A DNA stretch of 64,000 nt, taken from the NCBI GenBank assembly GCA_002104945.1, contig MCFH01000041.1, positions 186,001 through 250,000 on the forward strand. Direction: 5' to 3'. Both the position numbers and the translations under genes were made by a program. Positions 49,175-61,916 of the stretch are shown in pieces (the first letter of the stretch is position 1; each line of letters begins with the position of its first letter). This DNA comes from Piromyces finnis finn. Taxonomy: Eukaryota; Fungi; Neocallimastigomycota. The notes under the pieces were generated by a model. The model was given only the letters and a program-made list of their open reading frames with translations, was not told the DNA's origin and did not search any database.

Positions 49175-51535
49175 CTACATAATTCCAGAATCCTTTAATG
49201 CATTCTATATAATGTCAAAATTAATTTTTAAAAAAGTAATAATAATAATTATTATAAATTGTTAGTATATCATTGATTTACTTGCCAATTATAAAAAATA
49301 AATTAATATTATTACCTGTACAATTGTGGTATATACAGAGAAAAATACGTGTTTTATCTAATTATTTTTTTTTATTTAAATTATATATAAAAACTTAGTA
49401 TATATGTATATTTTTTTCTCATTTTATATATAACTTTTTAATATGATACAAACATTTTTAGTATCTGTAGCTTGAGTTAAACTTTATAAAGAGATAAATA
49501 AAAATAATAAAAATAAAAATTAATATTATTAGTAGTAAAATTTATTTATTATATAATAGACTATATGAAAAAAAAAAAAAAAAAAAAAAAAGTATTTAAA
49601 ATATATACTGAGGAAATATAGCCAATTTTGCTTTATTTTTTTGTAAAAATTTATCTCTTATAAATTGCGCTGCTTTTTTTGGATCTTTTTCACCTATTAA
49701 TTACATATTGAAATTAATATTAGTTTTAATTGTTTATTATATTAAAAAAAACTTTTATATATATATATATATATACCCGAATAATCAGGGAAGAATTTTT
49801 CTAATGGCTATTATTATTTATAAAATAGAAAGTTAGTTAAATAAAAAAAAATGATGGTTATTTAATGAATTATATAATAATTATTGTTTTTTTTTATTAT
49901 ATTTCAAAATCCTTACAATATTCTTTAGTTTTAAAACAAATAAATCATATTTATTTAAAAACAAAATAATTGAAGTTCTTATAAACCATCTACTATTAAC
50001 GACTGAATCAAAAAGCATTAGACTCTCTACCATTCGGTTCTATTATACAGTGAGAAAAGAAAATGCCAGTTAGCATAATTTTAAATAAAAATTATATTCA
50101 TATTTATATGTAATATAAAATAATTACTTGAGTATTATCTTCTATTAATGTTTGGTCATATTCTGAAAGTGCTACACAAAATATAATTGATGTTACAGCT
50201 TCAAAACAACTAATCTATTATTTCAAAATTTATAATATATATAATTATATATATGTATATATATATAATATTAATAAATTATATATTTAAAATATTTCTT
50301 TTTTTTTTTTTAAGAATATTAAATTTACCCATTTTCTTCTTTCTGATCTTTGCCCTCCAACATCGAATAAACTATTGAATATTAAAAAAAAATTTTATTT
50401 TTTTTTTTGATTTTTTTTAATAACTACACAAAAAAACATTGAAATAATTTAAAAATATAGCATAGTATTTATTTATGGTAAGAAAATATTTATTTACTGT
50501 ATATTAAGTTCTTCATATGTAAAATGTGTTTCAGTTATACCGGTTGTTTTACATCTAGCACATAATATATCTTGTTCAGTAGGTAAATAATCCTGCTCTC
50601 CAATTCTTAATACATTATCAAAAAAGCTATAGGATTAAATATTAAACATATATTAATAAAATATAATTACCAAAAATTATTATTGGCTTATTAAATTTTA
50701 GATCTAAAATAATATATATAAAATAGTTTTAAATCAATCATTACTATCGAGTGGAATCAATGAGGTAATATTGTTGAGGATGTTCATAACAATATGTCAT
50801 AATTTTTTCAGTGTTTTCATCATTTATAACTTTATAAATATCATTAGCAAGTTCCTTTGTTACTTTACATGTACATATGATCATTTCTTTATCATTTTCT
50901 AATCTATCAGCAATTTCCTTGGTATCATTTTATTAATTAATGGAATTTGAAGTCAAATTATATAATAATACATTAATTAATTCGTTTATTCTTATTTATA
51001 ATAATAATAACTGATTTAATAACACAACATTCTATTATTAATACATACTTGAGTTTCATCCGATGAAAAAGGTTGATTCATACATTTTGCATATTCTATC
51101 ATAGCAAAAAAACAATCCAATACATTTTGATATATTGTTGATTTATAGGCTTCTAATTCTTCTTGCATATAACCATTTTGATTAATAATTTTCATTTGTT
51201 TAAAAATAGTTGATTTTCCTGATTCACCAGGACCTTATTATAATTAATCATTTTTATAATTATTATTATCATCATTATTTAATAATTTAATTAATTCGAT
51301 ATATTTATGAACATTTGTGACAAATTTTATATAATATATATATTTAAGCAATTTAACTTTTAAAAACAAAAAAAAAAAAGATATCGTTTTTTTTTATTTA
51401 AATTTTACCTAACAAAAGCATCTTATATTCTTTTTTTAGCCTTTGTTTATCTTTTTGAATTGCTTTATCAATCATATCTGATTTTGATTTTTCTTCCTTC
51501 TCTTCCTTAGAACGGAAGCATCCGAAGAGTTGCAT
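49175..51535 (-). CDS. Heterotrimeric G-protein alpha subunit, fungal group III (Gpa2/GNA-3-like)
   Basis: Absent from the ORF track. Twelve phase-consistent exons: 51535-51409, 51233-51049, 50917-50745, 50626-50498, 50371-50329, 50214-50128, 50039-49917, 49807-49777, 49693-49610, 49481-49454, 49357-49316, 49204-49175. G-boxes [41 protein letters not shown]; C-terminus NALKDSGIM*. Confidence 0.93.
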
Positions 51536-52848
51536 ACACACCTTTTTTTTTTTTTTTTAATGAAAAATATATATTATGTTATATTAATATTCTCTCTCAT
51601 ATTATTGGAATGAACCATATATATATATTTGTGAAAATATGTAAAACTTACTATAATAGAAATAACATATCACCATTTTCATATATATATTTAATTAATT
51701 AAATAATTATATTTATTTATTTATTTATTATAATTTCATTAAAAATTATATAAATTACTTTTGATGCTACTGAAATTCTAATTGCTTAATTTATAATATT
51801 ACTTGAAATATCCAAAAAAAAAAAAAAAAAAAAATGGTGATAAAAAGAAAGAAATATCTTGTAATGATAAAAATTAAATAGTGAATAATTTTCTTTCTCT
51901 AATTATTTATTTTTCCACAAATATATTTATTACAGTATATGTTAAATGATAAAGAATAGATGAAAATTTGTAATACGTATATTGTTTTTATTTTGCTTAG
52001 TTTTTTCTTTTTTTTTTTTTTTTTATTCCTTTATAATATCTTTATATAATATATATAATATAATATTAGTTTTTCTTTTTCCCCTGTATTAATTTACTTT
52101 CAAATTTTATTATAATGAATATCAGATAAAACAAGTATGAAATTATTTATTGCTTCACATAATTCATATAATTACATATTATTGTTTTTATTCTTATTTT
52201 CTTCAGGTTTTCCAATTATATGTTTCGATAATGTTAATTATATATTTCGGATTTTAGATAATATTTCAAAAAAATTTTTTTTTTTTTTTGTATATTTTAT
52301 ATTTTATATTGTATATTTTGCTTTTTTATCTAATGCATATGTATATTTATTAAGATATTTATAAAATATGTTAATCTATGATATATTTATATTATGGTTA
52401 AAGAGATTTAAATAATAAAAATTATGTATATAGGTATATAGAAAATAATATTTCTGATTTATAATTTTAACTTCTTTTATAAACATCTTTATATTAATAT
52501 CATTATTTGTGTGTTTTTTAATTCCATTTTTTTTTTCGTAATTTCTAAATATTAAACTAACATGAAATATATCCTCTCGAAAATATTTATTTATTTATTT
52601 ATTTATTTTTTTTTTTTTTTTTGAAATAATCGTCATAGAAGAAAATTAAAATATATATAAAATCCGCATATTCTTTAGATATTATATATTATTACAGTCT
52701 TGTAAATACTTGATATATAGTTGATTATTATTCTCAGAAATATTGTAATATTGTAATATATAGTAATATAATATATCTTGAACATTCAACTAACCATTAC
52801 TACTTTGTATATTTTTTATATACTTAATATTTTAACTTAAATTTTTTC

Positions 52849-52930
52849 GGTATATTAAATAAAGAAAGGTATAAAAATTTCTTTGGTATATTAAATAAAA
52901 AAAGGTATAAAAATTTCTTAGATATATTAA
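52849..52930 (+). repeat. ~37-nt tandem duplication (about 2.2 copies)
   Basis: GGTATATTAAATAAAGAAAGGTATAAAAATTTCTT is repeated nearly identically. Confidence 0.8.
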
Positions 52931-53210
52931 CTAAAAGTGATATCTTCAATCCAGTATAAAAGGGAAAAAATATAAAATATAAAAGAAAAAAAAAAGGTTT
53001 AATCTAGTTACTCAACTCCATCATTATAATATAATGAATGTTATATTATTAAAAGTCTTAAATTATATTATTTTAACTCAATCAAACTATAATGAAATAT
53101 TTTTATCTTTCTCTCTCTATAAATTACTTTAACTATATTTTTATAAAATCTTATTTCGTAATATAAAGAACTAGTAGTTAAAAATAAAATTAAGATTTTC
53201 TAAAAAAAAA

Positions 53211-53211
<1 letters not shown>

Positions 53212-53276
<65 letters not shown>

Positions 53277-53277
53277 C
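53212..53277 (+). repeat. (AAT)n microsatellite
   Basis: Direct reading. Confidence 0.9.
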
Positions 53278-53819
53278 TTTATAAATAAATATATATATTT
53301 CATTGATTAATTTTTTTATTAATAATATTTATAAAATACTAATATAATAAAAATAAAGTTACCATCTTATTATTTAAAAATAATATTTACCACCATTAAA
53401 AAGAATATAAGAAAAAAAAAAAAAAACTTACATTTATAGTTAAAATATAATATTAAATTTTATTCAATATTGAAGAAAAGAAAAAAATATTAATACAAAA
53501 AAAAAGGTTTTACTTCAATTTTGGTATTTAAAATTAATTACCATAAACTATAAAATAAAATAGTTCTCTTTTTTGTAAATTTTAATTAAAATGTAAATTC
53601 TTTAACAAAATTTTTACTTTCTTTTTTATTCTTTACCCTATTTAAAAACAAGTCAATTTTTTTCATGATGCTCATATTAACATTATTACATTATTTTATA
53701 TCATTACCTATGTAGTTTAATTATTCTTTACCATTTCAAATCTTGCTTTTATATATATATATTTATAAATAATAATATAATTATAAAATGTTTATAAAAA
53801 AAAAGTATCTTTTTAAAAA

Positions 53820-54068
<249 letters not shown>

Positions 54069-54552
54069 TATTATTAAGTGAAACTATATAAAATTTTAAG
54101 TTAATTTTTGTTACTCAATTAAATATTTGATGTTTCATTAGGTATAGTTTTAATTTGATTTTTCATTACCAGTCGGTAGTGAAAAAAACAAAAGTCGAAA
54201 TATTTAATATTATCATAAAGATTTATGATAATAATTATACATTATAAATTATTATTAAATGTATTGATATATATTATTATTTTTAAATATCTTTTGTGTT
54301 TTATAAAAATAATTAAAATTATTTCCTAACTTTTCATTATTAAATAATAAAGATTATTTAAAAAACACATCCATATAAAAAATAATTAAATGGTATTAAT
54401 ATCATAAAAATAAATAATTATTCAATATATATTTACTATAAATAATATATTCATATATATATATGTAAATACTTATTTATTTTAATAATATTTACACCAC
54501 CATTATCATTTATCTATTTTTAATAAATCTACATAATCATTGTTATTTGACT

Positions 54553-55134
54553 TTATACTAAATTATAGAAACAAAGAGCTATACCAAACATTTGCACATA
54601 ATCAACCCATGGGGATACTTCAATATAAAAATCAAAATCTGTATCCTTCATAATACCAAAAGAACATATTAAAGTTTCATTTTCACAATCTCTGTTACAA
54701 TAAACGGAATATTTAGTTTTGGTTTCATTAAATAATATGGTTAATACTTCATGCTGATTTGTAATTTTATTAAAAAAAAACATTTCATATTTTTTTAATT
54801 CGATTGAATTAAAAAATTTAATAAAGGAGAGTATTTCATTTCTGTCTTCCCCGGAATATATGAAATATTTCATGGAGTTTTGGATAAAGGTATTAATAAT
54901 AGGAAAATTCAGATTATCATATACAATAATTCCTCTATATATAAATCCACAATTATATAATTCTTCTCCTTCACTATTCAAAATAATAACAGAATTATTT
55001 GAATAATTACTACAACTCACTCTTAAATAAAATACATCATGTCTTTTTGAAATATAATTAAAATCAACATTGGATATTAGGTGATCTGGAATACTAATTT
55101 CTTTGTTATATTCAATTAACTCGTTATTAGACAT
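54553..55134 (-). CDS. 193-aa intronless protein, probable tubby-C/LURP-one-like fold
   Basis: Open ORF with beta-rich pattern and C-terminal FYIEVSPWVDYVQMFGIALCF helix motif. Family assignment is from recalled pattern only. Confidence 0.5.
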   Translation of the reverse strand: MSNNELIEYNKEISIPDHLISNVDFNYISKRHDVFYLRVSCSNYSNNSVIILNSEGEELYNCGFIYRGIIVYDNLNFPIINTFIQNSMKYFIYSGEDRNEILSFIKFFNSIELKKYEMFFFNKITNQHEVLTILFNETKTKYSVYCNRDCENETLICSFGIMKDTDFDFYIEVSPWVDYVQMFGIALCFYNLV

Positions 55135-55989
55135 AATATTACATATTTATTTAAAATACTTTATATAATTTTATTATTAGATTTACATAAAAATTATATC
55201 AATAGTTTGATTTCATATATTTAAATAGAAAAAAACATCAATATTTATATTTTTTTTAATTAATAAAAGTATATTTAAGAGAACATTCTTTTTTTTTTTT
55301 TTTTTTTTTTTAATTTTTACTATATTATACACATAATATATTCTTTTTAAATATTAAAAAGTAACATAAAATTAAATTTTATTTAAAAAGTTTAATGTTT
55401 ATTTAATAAACATAATAAATATATAAGGATATTAATATTTTTAATATATTTTTAGGCAGTGGATTAAACTTTAATTTATATTTATTATGTTTAAATAGTT
55501 AAATAATAAAAAAAAAATCAAACTGCCTTTTTTAAAAAGATAATAATTATATATAATATGTATAATATTTTATTTAAAAAAAAAGGGTAAAAACTACTTT
55601 AAATGTTTTTTTTTTTTTTTTAATTCATAAATATATACCATACCTTTAAGAATTAAAATATTTAAAAAAAAAAAAAATTTCATTTAAAAACTTTAGTGGA
55701 TGATTTAAATTTTTTTTGTACTACATAATTTAAAAAAAAAAAAAAAAATTACTGCCTATATATTAATTATTAAATTAAAACTAAAGCTTGGGAAAACTTG
55801 AAATAATTTAAAAATATAACTTTTATACCTTTAATCTTATATACTTTTATAGCATTAAACTTAATGGAAATTATTTTTATTTAAATAAATGCATTTAAAA
55901 CCTATTAAATATTCACTTTAAAATAAAATGACGTATAACTAGGAATGAGTTTTAATTGAATATTTCATTTAGGAAGTATAATTTTGTTA

Positions 55990-56530
55990 TTTTTTTTTTA
56001 ACTTCCGAGTGCATTTCTCCCATCGATCAGAGTTAGCTCCAATGGTGGTTCTTAGAGAAACGTTGGCTCATTCCTATTGCTAGGTGGTTGTGACCCTCCT
56101 GGTCTGTCATACTGTTTCTTCATCTTCGACGCTCACTTAATCCATGTACATTAGATGCATGTCGTTGTACGATATTTCACAACTACAATGCTAAGCCTCT
56201 TATAGTCAATTTGATCACGTGTCAACCGCCCCCTAATGTTTACACTTAAATTGATTAAGGAATATTATGTGTTTTTGGTATAGCCTAAGTCACCACTTAT
56301 TAAGTTCTAATTTGGAATGTACCATGTACACTAGACCCTCTCAGGCCGGCTAGACGAGTGTTATTATCATAGTAGTAAATTAGAAAGTTCATTTATACTT
56401 ACCTGAATATCATAGCCCAACCCAGTGGGAAAATCCACAGGCACTGACATCTGCGGGGTCGAACCAGAAGCCTTATGTATGCTAAGGAAACGCCTTAACA
56501 ACCAGGATAAAAACTGGAACGACTCCTGTT
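55990..56530 (-). mobile_element. Candidate tRNA-Ala-derived SINE (pol III head, body, LINE-related 3' segment, A tail)
   Basis: GC-rich island with no ORF. Minus strand has a D-arm/A-box CCTGGTTGTTAAGG, anticodon loop TTAGCAT, B-box GGTTCGACCCC, a 44-nt segment matching the LINE at 44214-44257 (38/44), and ends GGAAGTT plus an A run. Confidence 0.78.
56445..56516 (-). pseudogene. Degenerate tRNA-Ala(AGC)-like sequence forming the SINE head
   Basis: D-stem CCT/AGG, loop TT-AGC-AT and T-loop TTCGACC are recognisable. The acceptor and anticodon stems no longer pair. Confidence 0.7.
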
Positions 56531-57129
56531 AACTAAAATCTTTTTTTTTCTTACACTTTTATTTCTAAAATTTATTATTATCCTTTTTTTACAATATTAT
56601 CAAAAAAAAAAAAATATATATATATATATATATAACACTAAAATTATAAAGATTTTTAAAGCTGTCTTTTTTTTATATAATTTTAAAATTTTATTTTGTT
56701 AAAAGATATAAGGTAATTTAGTATTATAAAAAGAAAAAAATAATTCAGATATTATTTAAAAAATATATTTTTGGTTACTTCTTTTTTCTTTAATATGATA
56801 CATATATTATATATAATATAAAAAATTTACAATTCATTAAATGTTAAAAGAAAATAAAATAATATAGATTTGGTAATAAGGGATTTATAATATCATATAT
56901 TTAAAAAATAATGGATTATGATTTAATTGAAATTAATATATATAAGATTTATAATGATTATTCTTATAGGCATAAAATACTCCTCTTTTTTTTCATTATT
57001 TTTGTTTTGAATTCTATATAAACTACTATTAAAAAAAATTTTAAATCTAATTAAAAATAATATTTTTTACCCTTATGATAATCACTTAGCCTATTTATAT
57101 ATATATTTCTTTTTCTATACAATGTCTAT

Positions 57130-60100
57130 TTAGTTTAATTCTAATAAACATTTAATTAAGAATAAGTCAGCCCAAGCTGGCATACCAGAGGTATCGATCT
57201 TGTCAACAGTTCTAAGTGGTGGCTTATCGAATTCAACATCATCCATATCAAGTAATAAGGTATCATTATTTTCTGAAATAGTTCTGAAGGAAACTGACTT
57301 TAATAATTCTGGAGAAACTGGGTTTTCAAAGTCAACTGGGTAATATAATGAAAGGAACTTCTTAATTTGAGATGGATTTAATAAGAAACAAATATCAAAG
57401 ATGATTTCAATATCACGTGGGGAAGATTTGTTTAATTGTAAAAGCTTAGCAGCTTGTAATAATCTTTCAAGGTGAAGAGCACCTTCTGGAATTTGATGTT
57501 CATCACACCATTCTTCTAACTTAGAAAGGTTGTATTGGATTTGCATACCACGCTTCCAAGTACAGAAGTTCTTTCTCATAATTAAGTGGTTGAAAGCAGT
57601 AACACCAAGTAAACGAATAAGTTCACATAAGATTTGACGAGCAATAGATTCTTCAACATAGAAACAGATCAAGACCTTGCTAATCTTAGATAATAAGAAT
57701 AATAAGTGATCGATAGTGTATTGGTTTTGTGGAGCCTTAATCTTGTTCCAGAGACCACCATTCTTCTTACAGATAAAGCTTGGTAAGGCTTGGTATTCAA
57801 TAATAGCTGGAACAGCCATAACAGCAAGTCTCTTCTTTAATTCCTTCATCCATCCGTAGTATAATCTAACAAGTAAGTTATCAAGATCGTTTAAGATCTT
57901 AATTAAGACCTTATTACCGTCACTTTCCATTCTGTAGCGGCTTCTGCTTCTGCTAGCTTCCTTAGTACGAATAGTTTCAACAACACAACTTAATTCATAA
58001 GTATTAGAGAGCCAGAAGCAAGAAATGTAATCATCTTCGAATCTTAAGGCGACATTTTGGATAGCAGCAATAACCTTGGAAGAGAGGGTTTGAAGACGAG
58101 CTAATAAACCATGTTTCATTAACTTTAACATACAAGTACCAATAATGTGAGCTGGGAAGAGAATATCCTTACGTTCAATCTTTTGAGTAGAGTTTGGAAG
58201 TGGAATCTTTAAGTTCATAATTAATCCATCAATAATTTCTTGTTCAAGTGATTCATCTTCTAAGATCTTAAGACTGCATTCATCTTCAAGAGATTGAGTT
58301 TCTTGTTCCTTAGTTTGTTCATTAACTGGGGCATCAGTAGCAGCTGGAGCTTCAGTCTTAACTTCAACACTTTCATTTCTAACTCTAGAAAGTTGACGAA
58401 TTGGTCTGTCAACAACGTTTAACATAGCAGTACGAGTATCAACACTTGGTATTCTACTTCTGTTACGGTTAGAAGATCTTCCTCTAACACGAGATACTGA
58501 AGTGGAACGACCAACACGTTCATCAGCATCATAAAGATAATCCTTACCAGAAATGGCCTTTTGTAATTGATCCTTTAAGCTAGCAATTTCACGCTTCATT
58601 TGGGCAACTTGAGCACTGTTATCGTCAGCTTGACCACGACGAGTGTTGATTTCATTAAGTTGGTTGCTATTTTCTTCTCTTTGTTTTTCTAATTGACGTT
58701 CTAATTCAGCAATTCTTTCATCTCTTTCAGCAATAGACTTCTTGTTATCAGCCTTTAACTTTTCAACAGTAGCTTCTAAGTTAGCCTTAGCTTCCTTTAA
58801 TTCAGATATTTCACGAAGTTGTTCAGCATTACCTTCAGAAGCTTGTTCGGTAGAATCCTTGTAACGAGTATCCAAACGATCGAATTTTTCCTTCCAAATC
58901 TTAATTTGAGATTCCATAGTTTCAATCTTTTGAGCATATTCCTTAGTTTCATTTTCCTTTTGAGCTAAAGATTGAGATAATTCGAATACCTTGTTTTCTA
59001 ATTGGTAGTTCAACTTCTTAATATGAGTAATACTCTTAGCTTCAATCTTCAATTGAGTGTAAGTCTTTTGAGCAAAGATACGACGAATACAAGATTGAAC
59101 AAAGATAATATTCTTTCTAGCATCTTGGTACTTATGGCGTTCTCTTTGACCACGGAAGACCTTTTGAATCTTAATAGCAGCATTGTCACGACGTAATTGT
59201 TGTAATTGCTTACGAGCAATGTAACCACGAATTTGACTTTGAATAGCAATGGCACTTTCGCGTTGTTGTAAGTAAGTCTTTCTGGCAATGTAACCACGAG
59301 CATACTTTTGAATAGTAATAGAAGCTTGAGTTTCACGAATTTCACGACACTTAAGTTCAGCAACCTTACGTCTAATAGCATTTTGTACAAAGAGAGCAGC
59401 TTCCTTAGTTTCATTGTAACGACGATGGTAGATGAAACGACGAGCATTCTTTTGTACAAGAACAACACATTGGCGAAGTCTTTCAGTTCTAAGCTTTTCA
59501 AAGTAAGCTAACATACCAGCACGGAAGAAAATCTTGGTTTCACCAACTTGGTACTTGTCCTTATCAGAAATTAATAACTTAACAATGTTAAGAGAGAATT
59601 CACGTGGGTCATCAAACTTCCAATGTTGAGAATTAACCAATAAGTAATATCTTTCAACAAATTCTTGGAATGTCCAACGAGTTGGATAACCAGCACAACT
59701 AATACGAATAGTTTCTAAGACACCACAAGCTCTAAGTTGAGAAAGAACCATTTGTGGTTCAAATTCAAATGCAACCTTAGCTTGATTTGGCTTAATACAA
59801 CGAATGTAGTGAGAATCAGTAGATCTAATGGTATTCATTAATTCAATTAATGAGGCCTTGAAAATAGAACCAAGAGTGTTCTTATTATTCTTAGACTTAG
59901 CCTTGAAACCTGGTCTGGTTGGTGGTGGTGGAGTATCTTCCTTTGGTTTTGGTAAAGTAGTTAATTCACGAATGAATTCAGATTCACTGTTTTGTAAAAG
60001 ATTAAGAAGTTCATCAGAGACAGTATCCTTGTTCTTTTCAATGAAACCATCAATTTGGTAAGTAACATCAAGAGCATAGTGAGCAATAGTGAAGTCAGAT

Positions 60101-61916
60101 CTTGCGAAACGTGGCTTCTTGAAGAATTGATGCTTTTCAAAGTTAGTGTAAAGCTTTTGAACTAAAGATTCGTCAGAACCAGATGGAAGACGAGATTCTT
60201 CATCTAATAATGATAAGATACCTAAACGGTTTTCAATCATATCAATACATGGTTGGTTATCATTGAAATCAATGAATGACCATTCAATCTTTTCAGCAAC
60301 ATATTCATCTTGTTCAAGCTTGAAGACGTGTCTGTTGAATTCTTGTTGTAACTTTTCATTAGCGTAGTTAATACAGAATTGTTCGAAAGAATTGTTCTTA
60401 AAGTGTTCAAAACCGTAAATATCAAGAACACCAATGAATGAAATACTATCAGCAGAGTACTTAGTTTCATCAACAGCTAAGTTCTTGTTAATCATCTTAA
60501 CAAGCCAGTCAAATAATAATGAATAAATGAACTTAGCAACAGAATCACGACTAACAACAGCATCATACTTCTTAAGATTAGTAACAATAGTTTCAGTTCT
60601 TGCGTGAATTTGCTTCTTAACCATCCACTTAGAGAATTCCATTGGTTTAATACCTAATAAACGAGAAGCAATTTCTAAAGCTTCATCAGAACTATTAATT
60701 TGGGCATCACCATTTCTAGATTCCTTAACTTCAATATTACCAATGTGTAATAAAGCAGCACAAACCTTGAAAATAGCCCATTGAAGGTTAACAGAAATAC
60801 CAATAGCTGAAAGAGCACGTTGAGTAATTTCGAATTCTTCAACATCATCAACATTTGGAATAGTACCTTCACCACCTTGCTTTAAGTAGTAGTATTGATC
60901 GAAAGTAGTAATACCAAGTTCTTTTCTTTCAGCGGCTGGACAACCAGAACATAATTGATAGAAAATGTGGTAGTTTCTTTCAGTCTTTGGTTGGAAAACT
61001 AAACGAGATCTTTCTAATAAATAAGTTCTAGTCTTGGCACCACAAATCTTAACACGACCGGTAGTTTCATCTTTATGGAATTGGATTTCAATGTACTTAC
61101 CAAAACGAGATGAGTTATCATTTCTAGTAGTTTTAGCATTACCGAAAGCTTCCATAATTGGGTTAGTAGCAAGAACAGCTTCTTCTACTTCACTCATACC
61201 TCCAGCATCAATATCAGCATCACCATCAAATGGTTGATCAAGTTCATCAACAGAGGCAAAGTATCTCATAATATACTTAGCAGATTGAGTCTTACCAGCA
61301 CCAGATTCACCACTAACAATAATAGATTGATTTTTCTTTTCTCTAAGCATGTTTCTGTAAGCTTCTTCAGCGACTGCGAATAAATGTGGTTCTAATTCAC
61401 CTCTTCTCTTACCAGAATATGCTCTCATAATATCATGAGTATATATTGGAAGTCTTTGGAAAGGATTTAAAGCGATAAGAACAATACCAGAGTAAGTATA
61501 AATTTGTTCTTGAGAGTATCTTAATCTAACATTATGTAAAACTTCTGGTTCGTTAAGGTGAGAGAGTAAAGTAAGATCATCAACACCTTCTAATACTGGT
61601 GGATTTCTAAGTGGTGGAAGTTTTTCATTAATATTAGCTTCTCCCTTTTTTATAGTAACTGAAAATGGTTCATCTCTTCCTTCAACTTCAAATACTAAAG
61701 TACAACTATCACCTGCTACTTGATTTGAAACAACGGTACCTGATACAAATCCTTCAACATCATCTTGGATCCAGGCTCTAGTACCCTGTTATTAATAAAT
61801 ATAATAGTACAATATAATTCAATAAACAATACAAATCAAATGAAATTCCTTCATAATCAATCTTATTTCCAATTTACCTCATTATAGAAAGTTAATTGTT
61901 TATCTATAGCTTCCAT
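57130..61916 (-). CDS. MYO2: Class V myosin (SH3-like N-terminus, motor, IQ repeats, coiled coil, dilute cargo domain)
   Basis: Exon 1 61916-61878 (MEAIDKQLTFYNE) and exon 2 61785-57130. P-loop GESGAGKT, NDNSSRFGK, LDIYGFE, IQ repeats, dilute domain NHLIMRKNFCTWKRGMQIQYNLSKLEEW. Confidence 0.97.

Noticed and set aside
55454-55759. TAGGCAGT...ACTGCCTA inverted pair suggesting a MITE
   Set aside because: Only 8 bp, flanking duplications do not match (TTA vs TAT), and there is an extra internal copy.
56005-56065. Hammerhead-like elements (CTGATCGA...GAAA) near the SINE 3' end on the minus strand
   Set aside because: Stem II cannot form and the core deviates from CUGANGA.
56395-56405. ATACTTACCTG on the plus strand, identical to the U1 snRNA 5' end
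   Set aside because: No downstream U1 loop I/II motifs or Sm site. It is better read as the reverse complement of a perfect splice donor.
56445-56516. Functional tRNA-Ala gene
   Set aside because: Acceptor and anticodon stems do not pair; called a SINE head/pseudogene instead.
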